A stretch of 41,966 nucleotides of DNA from a virus (taxonomy: Duplodnaviria; Caudoviricetes), in IMG/VR virus record IMGVR_UViG_3300043394_000327, positions 1 to 41,966 of that record. One strand, written 5' to 3'. Position numbers and translations under genes: made by a program. Within the stretch, counting starts at the first letter, position 1, and each line of letters starts with the position of its first letter. The notes under the pieces were generated by a model, which was not told where the DNA came from, did not search any database, and worked only from the letters and a program-made list of their open reading frames with translations. Below, one piece after another: positions 16,698-23,919 of this stretch.

Positions 16698-17114
16698 TTA
16701 TTTAGATGACAATGCTTTTAATTGATTTAAAAATTCTAATTTCTTAGAACTTGGCTCAACTGCAACAGGTTCATCATTACTAGCTCTAAACAACTGGATT
16801 TCGATACAATTAAATAACATTTCTGGTATTAATGTACTATTTCCTTGGTTCAATGAATCCATTTGATCTTTTAAATACTCTACAAAAGTATTAGCAAAAT
16901 CAATTTCTTCATTACCTGAAGTATTCTTAATTTCAGTGATATTATCAATACTAATAGTAATTCCACCAAATTTATAAAATACTTCAGAACCATCATCTTT
17001 AACAATGGTTTTACCTAAATTGAGGTAAAATTCATTCTTAACACTATTAGATTTATTACGAAGTGATGAAGTCATAATATTATCTTTAGTAAAATTACCT
17101 TTAATAGTAGCCAT
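16698..17114 (-). CDS. N4 gp2-like ssDNA-binding activator of RNAP II
   Basis: EFYLNLG and IEIQLFR resemble recalled N4 gp2 segments QFWLNIG and LQVQLRR; second gene of the early arm; similar size. Confidence 0.75.
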   Translation of the reverse strand: MATIKGNFTKDNIMTSSLRNKSNSVKNEFYLNLGKTIVKDDGSEVFYKFGGITISIDNITEIKNTSGNEEIDFANTFVEYLKDQMDSLNQGNSTLIPEMLFNCIEIQLFRASNDEPVAVEPSSKKLEFLNQLKALSSK

Positions 17115-17315
17115 AATGTATTTCCTTATACAAATTGAGTAAGTTAATTCTTACCCACTTAAAACAAAAACAATTCGATGCAAAGCAGAGAATTGTATAA
17201 CACTTAAAGCATTGTAAAATGTTGTTAATTGTAACGAGTAGTCATAAAAGAGACATAATCTTAAGGTAACGAACTATCTTAACGTGTAACGTGTGTATTT
17301 ATTAATAATAAATAA

Positions 17316-17343
17316 CCTAGCCTAAGATTTCTCTTAGACTAGG
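17316..17343 (-). terminator. rho-independent terminator after the gp1-like gene
   Basis: CCTAGCCTAAGA-TTTC-TCTTAGACTAGG; GAAA tetraloop on the minus strand. Confidence 0.75.
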
Positions 17344-17353
17344 ATTGAATATG

Positions 17354-17698
17354 TTATTTAGACTTGAGTATAGTCTCAAGTTTTGTAATTTCTGCTTCGA
17401 GAAATACTGGAACAGGTTTATTTTTACGAATGTAATAACTTTTTACAGCTATTTTAGCATCATAAAGAGCTTGATCTCCAAGTTTCTCAAGTTCTTCTCT
17501 AGTCTTGAGTAATGACTCAGAGATTTCTTTTGATTTAGATTCAATCATATCTTGAGTTCTTTTCTCTTCTAATGAGATAATAGACTCTGACCATGAATCT
17601 GCCATTGATGCTAATGCATCTGTTGCAGTGGTAGTTGAATTGAATACTGAAGTGACTGAGCTAGTTAAGGCTCTGATCATTGAAGGAATACCAAACAT
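17354..17698 (-). CDS. N4 gp1-like early protein
   Basis: Ser/Thr/Ala-rich N-terminal helix (SSVTSVFNSTTTATDALASMA); first gene of the early arm; GGAG RBS. Confidence 0.6.
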   Translation of the reverse strand: MFGIPSMIRALTSSVTSVFNSTTTATDALASMADSWSESIISLEEKRTQDMIESKSKEISESLLKTREELEKLGDQALYDAKIAVKSYYIRKNKPVPVFLEAEITKLETILKSK

Positions 17699-17699
17699 A

Positions 17700-18080
17700 A
17701 TAATAACTCCATAAGTTATATCAATAGCTTAATTGCTATCTATTAAAACATACGTGTGAACTCTTATATGTTTGATAGGGGGGGTATAACTTATTTATGG
17801 TAAATATGTATATGGTATAAAAACACTGAAATCGTACATATCTATAAATATTTTATAACCAAAATATGAAATACATTAGGCTTAGACATCAAAATTAATA
17901 ATTCTCAGTAAATTTTATGAGGTTTACTTGTAAATTTATATTTCTCATAAACAAAATAATATTATAAAAATGTATAATAAGTTTTATAACTGTAACAATT
18001 TCTTTATATATGAACTAAATATTATATATTACCGAGGAATTAAAATTGTCATATATAAAAATAATTTAACAGAAATAGTT
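17700..18080. other. non-coding divergence region, probable genome terminus or terminal-repeat junction
   Basis: Lies between the gp1-like gene and the terminase module, which are at opposite ends of linear N4-like genomes. Contains hairpins and an isolated G7 run (17778-17784). Confidence 0.55.
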
Positions 18081-18395
18081 TTACAATAATTTGCAATGAT
18101 TAATAAATTGATTAGTGATTCTTCCACTGTTATCTAATACTTTTATTGTACCGCAGAATAAATAACCTTCTCTTATTTGGTTCAATTTACTGTATAGTTT
18201 TATTTCTTGGTTCTTATAGAAGAATGTGTATTTATTATCTGTTATTATATCAGATATGTTTAGCTTTATTGGTTCATTGACTGTTTCATACTTTAGTTCT
18301 GATAATTCAGGAATATATTGAAGATCTATTATAAAGTGGGAGATATTAATAAAATGTAATGAGTTATTGTATAGTTCTAAAACTTTTTCTTGCAT
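18081..18395 (-). CDS. hypothetical protein
   Basis: 104-aa ORF divergent from the late operon. Confidence 0.5.
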   Translation of the reverse strand: MQEKVLELYNNSLHFINISHFIIDLQYIPELSELKYETVNEPIKLNISDIITDNKYTFFYKNQEIKLYSKLNQIREGYLFCGTIKVLDNSGRITNQFINHCKLL

Positions 18396-18442
18396 ATATT
18401 ACCTAATTAGTTATTATATTAGTAAACTATGATGGATTATAT

Positions 18443-19123
18443 ATGATAAGTGAGAAAGAAGTAAAACTATTTCTTCCAGGTGAAATAAATTTAGTTATTA
18501 CTCAAGAATTTATTGATGAATGTAATAGTATTCCACAGATTGAGCCAGAATTTGTTAGTGTTATAAAAGAGAACTTTATAACCTATACTTCTGTGTTAAA
18601 GAAAGGTAAGTTTAAGTTAGTTGACTATTTAATGGCAGTTAAGTATGTTAGTTTTCAGGCAATGGGAATGACTAATAGAGATAGTTATATTAGAACTTTT
18701 CCTAAGAGTTATACTGACTGGGTTAGTAGAAATTTATCTAAGGAGGATATTAGTTCTAGAATAACAGCTTATAATAGAGGTAAGTTAGTTAATTTGATTA
18801 AGGAACAGGCACATATTCCTATGTGGATATTAAATCAAGATGCTTACCAGAAAGCTATTAATTGTCAGTTAGATATTATGGCTAATAGTAAAAGTGATAT
18901 AGCAAGATGTAATGCTAGTAATAGTTTATTGACTCATTTAAAGAAACCAGAGGGATTAGGGATTGATATTAATATTAATACAGAGGATAATACTGGTTTG
19001 AAAGCACTAAGAGAAAGTATGAAGAATTTAGCTGAAATGCAGATACAAAAAATTAAAGAGGGTGTATCTACAAAAGATATATCTGAACAGCCTATTATTG
19101 ATATTACTCCGAGGAATGTATGA
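18443..19123 (+). CDS. N4 gp69-like protein (putative terminase small subunit)
   Basis: KFKLVDYL.AVKYVS, YNRGKLVN.I.EQ, NSLLTHLK.PE; upstream of TerL. Confidence 0.8.
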   Translation: MISEKEVKLFLPGEINLVITQEFIDECNSIPQIEPEFVSVIKENFITYTSVLKKGKFKLVDYLMAVKYVSFQAMGMTNRDSYIRTFPKSYTDWVSRNLSKEDISSRITAYNRGKLVNLIKEQAHIPMWILNQDAYQKAINCQLDIMANSKSDIARCNASNSLLTHLKKPEGLGIDININTEDNTGLKALRESMKNLAEMQIQKIKEGVSTKDISEQPIIDITPRNV

Positions 19124-19284
19124 TTTTCTTACGTGTTGGTTCAAATGATAATAAAGAAAGATGGTCTATTAAATGTTACTGTGGTTGTGGATCGTGGTAT
19201 GTTGATACAGAATTTTTATTTCAGTGTCGTAATTGTAGTAATAGAGTTGAAATAGAAAAGATAAAATGGGAAAATAATTTATGA
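19120..19284 (+). CDS. small zinc-ribbon protein (54 aa)
   Basis: MIFLRVGSNDNKERWSIKCYCGCGSWYVDTEFLFQCRNCSNRVEIEKIKWENNL; ATGA overlaps at both ends. Confidence 0.65.
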   Translation: MIFLRVGSNDNKERWSIKCYCGCGSWYVDTEFLFQCRNCSNRVEIEKIKWENNL

Positions 19285-20879
19285 GTGTGTTAGAAAAAAA
19301 GTCTGTTGATCAGTGGTTAGATAGCGTTGATTATAATTATTTAAATCATGGTGGGTATATTCCATCACAATTTGCTTTAGAATTTGTTAATATGGTTAAG
19401 ATGATTAATCTTAATACAAGCGGTGAAAGTAACAAAACTCCTGTGTTTCATTTAAAGATGTTAGATGAATTAGTTGGAGATACAGAAAATATTGCTAATC
19501 TGTGTTTTCGAGGAAGTGGGAAGACTTCTATTAATATGGAGTATCTTGTATTTTACATCGCAATATTTGGAGAGATTCCTGGTTTTGGTTCAATTAACGG
19601 AATGATTTATGTTTCAGATAGTATGGAAAATGGTGTTAAATCAGCAAGAAAGAATATAGAAACTAGGTATTATAACTCTGAGTGGCTCAAAGAATGGATA
19701 CCTAAAGTTCATTTTACAGACTCTTATATTGAGTTTGAAAACAAGTTAGGTAACAAACTTGGTGTGAAAATGTATGGTGCAAAAACTGGTATTCGTGGTG
19801 TTAAAATATTTGGTAAAAGACCTGTATTAGCTATATTAGATGATTTAGTAAGTGATGATGATGCAAGATCAAAAGTATCTATGGAAGCAATTAAAGATAC
19901 TGTTAATAAGGGAATTACTCATGCTTTAGATCCAACAAGAAGAAAGATTATTTTTAATGGTACTCCTTTTAATAAGACAGATGTGTTATATTCTGCTGTT
20001 GAAAGCGGAGCTTGGAAGGTAAATGTTTATCCAGTATGTGAAAGATTTCCTTGTAGTAAAGAAGATTTTGTTGGTGCATGGGAAGATAGATTTAGCTATG
20101 AGTTTATTTTAAATCAATATGAAAAATCCAAGTTACAAGGGTGTTTATCAGCTTTTAATCAAGAGTTAATGTTAAGAATTTCAAGTGAAGAAGAAAGATT
20201 GATCCAAGATAATGAAATTAACTGGTATGCTAGAAAGACTGTATTAGATAGTTTAAGTAATTTTAATATTTATATCACAACTGATGCTAGTTTTAGTGAT
20301 AAGAATACAGCAGATAATGGTGTTATATCTGTATGGGCATTAAATAACAATGGAGATTATTTTTGGATTGACGGTATTTGTAAAAAGCAAATTATTTCAG
20401 GATTTATAGATGATTTATTTACTTTGGTTCAAAAATATAAACCACAGACTGTTGGTATTGAGATAAGTGGACAACAGGTAGCTTTAATAAGTTATTTACA
20501 GGCAGAAATGATTTCAAGAAATGTATTTTTTAATATAGCTAGAGATAAAGTTAATAACCAGTTAGGATTAAGACCTGTTAAATCTAAGTTTGAAAGATTT
20601 AATATGGTAGTTCCTTTATTTTCACAGGGTAAGTTTTATTTTCCTAAAGAAATGGAAAATACACAAATAATGAAGCAATTTACTGGAGAGTTAAAATTAG
20701 TTACATATAGCGGAATAAAAGGTAGTGATGATTGTCTTGACACAGTATCTATGTTAATGTATATGAATACTATAAAGCCTTCGGTAACTACTGAAATAAC
20801 TAAAAAAAATGACAATGTTTACCATTTTTATGAACCAGTAGAAGAAAATAGAGCAATAAATTCTTATTTAGTGGATTAA
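19281..20879 (+). CDS. terL: terminase large subunit (N4 gp68-like)
   Basis: FRGSGKT Walker A, GIRG, AILDD Walker B, GTPF; nuclease residues TTD.S, D, DD.LD. Confidence 0.95.
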   Translation: MSVLEKKSVDQWLDSVDYNYLNHGGYIPSQFALEFVNMVKMINLNTSGESNKTPVFHLKMLDELVGDTENIANLCFRGSGKTSINMEYLVFYIAIFGEIPGFGSINGMIYVSDSMENGVKSARKNIETRYYNSEWLKEWIPKVHFTDSYIEFENKLGNKLGVKMYGAKTGIRGVKIFGKRPVLAILDDLVSDDDARSKVSMEAIKDTVNKGITHALDPTRRKIIFNGTPFNKTDVLYSAVESGAWKVNVYPVCERFPCSKEDFVGAWEDRFSYEFILNQYEKSKLQGCLSAFNQELMLRISSEEERLIQDNEINWYARKTVLDSLSNFNIYITTDASFSDKNTADNGVISVWALNNNGDYFWIDGICKKQIISGFIDDLFTLVQKYKPQTVGIEISGQQVALISYLQAEMISRNVFFNIARDKVNNQLGLRPVKSKFERFNMVVPLFSQGKFYFPKEMENTQIMKQFTGELKLVTYSGIKGSDDCLDTVSMLMYMNTIKPSVTTEITKKNDNVYHFYEPVEENRAINSYLVD

Positions 20880-20880
20880 T

Positions 20881-21615
20881 ATGATACTTCTTTCAGATTT
20901 TATAAAAAATTTAGTATTAACTTCACTAAGTAAAACTAATTTAGCTGTTTATACAGGAGATATAAATAGTTCTCCAATCTATACACATATAGATAAGATT
21001 ATTCATTATATTAATTTAAGTTTGACGCATTTACATACTAAGTTTTTATTATTACAGAAACAATGTTTAATTGAGGTAGTTGTTCCTCATACTGAATATG
21101 TATTAGATTATATGTACGCAGATAGTAATGTTAATTCAACAGCTCCTCATAGATATATAAAAGATTCTAGATATAATCCTTATTATCCTCATTTAATTAA
21201 GATACTTTTCTGTACAGATCAAGATGGGAATAATAACACCTTAAATGACAATAATGATTCTAACTCTGTGCATATAATGAGTTATAACACATTACAAGTT
21301 TCACATAGTGGAGTTAGTAATGTTTTATCAGGTAGTTCTAACTATATTAACGTAGTTTACCAAGCTAACCATGTTCCACTAACTTCATTAAATCTTAATA
21401 CACAAAATATTAATATTGCTCCATTTTTAGAAGAATGTTTGAAGTTATATATTAGTTATCTTTATTTTAGTGACGAATTAGGACAAAAAAATATACAAAA
21501 ATCTCAAGAAGCATATAATAATTATATTATAAAAATTAATGAGCTTATTTCTAGTAGTATGGTTCAAGACTATACTTATACAAATTTAAAATTAGAACAA
21601 AAAGGGTATGTATAA
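20881..21615 (+). CDS. N4 gp67-like head-tail adaptor/virion protein
   Basis: IN..LT.LHTKF.L, VVYQANH, terminal KLEQKGYV; directly follows TerL. Confidence 0.75.
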   Translation: MILLSDFIKNLVLTSLSKTNLAVYTGDINSSPIYTHIDKIIHYINLSLTHLHTKFLLLQKQCLIEVVVPHTEYVLDYMYADSNVNSTAPHRYIKDSRYNPYYPHLIKILFCTDQDGNNNTLNDNNDSNSVHIMSYNTLQVSHSGVSNVLSGSSNYINVVYQANHVPLTSLNLNTQNINIAPFLEECLKLYISYLYFSDELGQKNIQKSQEAYNNYIIKINELISSSMVQDYTYTNLKLEQKGYV

Positions 21616-21872
21616 TGGTTATGATGGACGTAACAATGGTTACAAAAATATTAAAAACAGTTATATCAAAAGATTTTAACTCTTTGTCTATTACAAAATG
21701 CACTGATGTTATTATTGATGGGGCTACTTATAAAGGAACTCCAACACAAACTACTATTAATAAAAGAGTTAGAAATGAGTCTAATGAGTTAACCACAAAT
21801 ACTAATTTTAATACAGAAGTTGATGCCTATACAGGTGTTACTAATTTTATTACAACACGTTTACCAGTATAG
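21615..21872 (+). CDS. hypothetical late protein
   Basis: 85-aa ORF in the late operon. Confidence 0.55.
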   Translation: MVMMDVTMVTKILKTVISKDFNSLSITKCTDVIIDGATYKGTPTQTTINKRVRNESNELTTNTNFNTEVDAYTGVTNFITTRLPV

Positions 21873-21881
21873 GAATTAAAT

Positions 21882-22154
21882 ATGCAATACCCAGATTTAT
21901 TAAATGAACTTTCTTATGATTTAGCAGATGGTGTGGATCAAACTTTAACCAGTAACGGTAAAATCTATATTAGAGCTAATACAAATCAAGTCGTAGTAAC
22001 TTTTAAACATCAACAAGATACTAACTCAACTTACGCTACAATAGGTACAGTTCCTGCAAATACTGGACAAGTTCTTGATTCGGTTTTTCCTACTAAACAC
22101 GGTAAAATTAAAGTTACAGGTGGTACAGCTTTTATGGTAGTGTTTAAAGATTAG
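21882..22154 (+). CDS. putative small beta-rich virion protein
   Basis: 90-aa ORF with AGGA RBS. Confidence 0.6.
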   Translation: MQYPDLLNELSYDLADGVDQTLTSNGKIYIRANTNQVVVTFKHQQDTNSTYATIGTVPANTGQVLDSVFPTKHGKIKVTGGTAFMVVFKD

Positions 22155-22234
22155 TTATAAACGTAGTTTAATAAATATTAAGAAAGATAAGTTAATGGTA
22201 TACAAATGTAATGATGTCTTAGTAGATAGAACTT

Positions 22235-22891
22235 TTGGTGAGGCGTACTATGCTTAAGTCTATATTATCACCAATTCTTAAGAACACTCTAAGGTCTACA
22301 CTGGGTATTGACCAAAATACTGGTTTATTATTTGATACGTTTACAAATACTAATGGAACTCTAATAACTAACCATGTAGGAGAGAGTACCTATAACTGGG
22401 TTGCTCAATCTGGTATTACAATAACAAATCATGCACAAATATTTAATAATCGTGTTTATCCTTTAGCATCGAATAACCTTTATAGACTTAATTACACAAT
22501 GCCTGTTGCTGATTATGAAGTTGAGGGAATATTTCAAGTATTAACTAATACAGGTAATGCAGGCGTAAGTGCAAGATGTTCAAGTACTGCAAATACTTTT
22601 TATCTTTGGAGATATAATGGTGGTACTGCATGGCAATTATTCAAATTTGTTAATGGCACTGCAACTGCTTTAGGATCACCGTTTACAATAAGTCACACAG
22701 CAGGTGAAGAAATTACAGCTAAAATTGTATGCAATGGTACAACAATTGAGGGGTGGATTAATGGTGTTCAACAAGCTACTGCTGTTGATTCAAGTATAGT
22801 AAATGCAGGCAGTGCAGGCTTTAGATATGGTTTCTCTGAAACAACTATGACAGGTTTACATTTGAATAAATTAACGGTAAGGAATTTATGA
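22235..22891 (+). CDS. putative virion protein with a ConA/lectin-like beta-sandwich (start possibly 22250)
   Basis: DTFT..NGT....H, DYEVE, G..I...ING...D...AG..G pattern; Thr/Gly/Asn-rich. Confidence 0.6.
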   Translation: MVRRTMLKSILSPILKNTLRSTLGIDQNTGLLFDTFTNTNGTLITNHVGESTYNWVAQSGITITNHAQIFNNRVYPLASNNLYRLNYTMPVADYEVEGIFQVLTNTGNAGVSARCSSTANTFYLWRYNGGTAWQLFKFVNGTATALGSPFTISHTAGEEITAKIVCNGTTIEGWINGVQQATAVDSSIVNAGSAGFRYGFSETTMTGLHLNKLTVRNL

Positions 22892-23064
22892 TGTTAGAGT
22901 TATTAAATCTTGAAAACATTGTCAGTATTGGAACTGCAGTTGTAACGATTGCATCTAGTATAACGGCTTTAACAAATACACCAAAAGATGATGGTGTTGT
23001 TAAAAAACTATATAAAATTATCGAAGTTTTAGCTATTGTAAATAATAAGGTTAAACAAAAATGA
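22888..23064 (+). CDS. small holin-like membrane protein (58 aa, dual Met start)
   Basis: MMLELLNLENIVSIGTAVVTIASSITALTNTPKDDGVVKKLYKIIEVLAIVNNKVKQK; ATGA overlaps with both neighbours; precedes the endolysin. Confidence 0.65.
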   Translation: MMLELLNLENIVSIGTAVVTIASSITALTNTPKDDGVVKKLYKIIEVLAIVNNKVKQK

Positions 23065-23498
23065 CAACACAAATATTAATATACAATACTGCTCTTAAAG
23101 AGTATAAAACTGCTGAGATTGTTGGAGGAATCCATAATCCAAGAATTATTGAATATCATAGTTCTACAACACTTAAAGCAAATAATGATGAAACAGCTTG
23201 GTGTTCTTCATTTGTAAATTGGTGCTGTAAGCAAGTAAATGTTAAAGGCACTGGATCTGCTTTAGCTCGTTCATGGCTTAAATGGGGTAAAAAAGTTGAT
23301 GAACCTTACTTAGGGTGTATTGTTATTTTAAAACGTGGTAATAATCCTACACAAGGTCATGTTGGATTTTATGCAGGCAAAGAGAGCGGTAATAATATTT
23401 TGGTTTATGGGGGTAATCAAAAAAATAAAGTATGTTATCTTTGGTTAAAAAAAGAAAATGTGATTGGTTACAGAGAGATAGGAGATACCCTTGAATGA
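23061..23498 (+). CDS. endolysin, TIGR02594/NlpC-P60-like cysteine peptidase
   Basis: NPRI..Y, DETAWCSSFVNW, ARSW..WG, GHVGF, GGNQ. Confidence 0.9.
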   Translation: MTTQILIYNTALKEYKTAEIVGGIHNPRIIEYHSSTTLKANNDETAWCSSFVNWCCKQVNVKGTGSALARSWLKWGKKVDEPYLGCIVILKRGNNPTQGHVGFYAGKESGNNILVYGGNQKNKVCYLWLKKENVIGYREIGDTLE

Positions 23499-23862
23499 GT
23501 ATGTTGTTCAAATACAAGAAACTTTATCAGATGCTTATGTATACTTTACTGTACATTACTATTACTATATTGGAGTGTTAATTCGTATGTGTTTTTCTCC
23601 GCTTAATTTTAGACAACTTATTAGATATTTTTTTGCAAGTTTACTTTTAGTACAAGCAACCAAATACCTACTAGAACTTAATGGAAGTCCTGTAGTTATC
23701 ACAATGTTTATTTGTATGGTTCTCGGATTTATAGGACACACTGGATTACAATATGCTATTGATGAAGCTATTCCACAAATATTAAAAGTATTTACTGAAA
23801 AAAGTATTGAAATGTTAAAAGCAGTGGCTGATAAAATTATTGATAAAGTGAAGAATAAATAA
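23491..23862 (+). CDS. putative holin (about 3 TM segments, TTG start)
   Basis: Hydrophobic segments ending GFIG, basic C-terminus, adjacent to the endolysin; AGGAG RBS. Confidence 0.6.
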   Translation: MNEYVVQIQETLSDAYVYFTVHYYYYIGVLIRMCFSPLNFRQLIRYFFASLLLVQATKYLLELNGSPVVITMFICMVLGFIGHTGLQYAIDEAIPQILKVFTEKSIEMLKAVADKIIDKVKNK

Positions 23863-23919
23863 ATTATTAGTTAAATTTAAATAGGTATGCTATATAAGAA
23901 TATAAAATGGAGAGTATAA

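Noticed and set aside
22155-22249. tRNA gene in this or other intergenic gaps
   Set aside because: No cloverleaf or T-loop consensus seen by eye; tRNAscan-SE would be decisive
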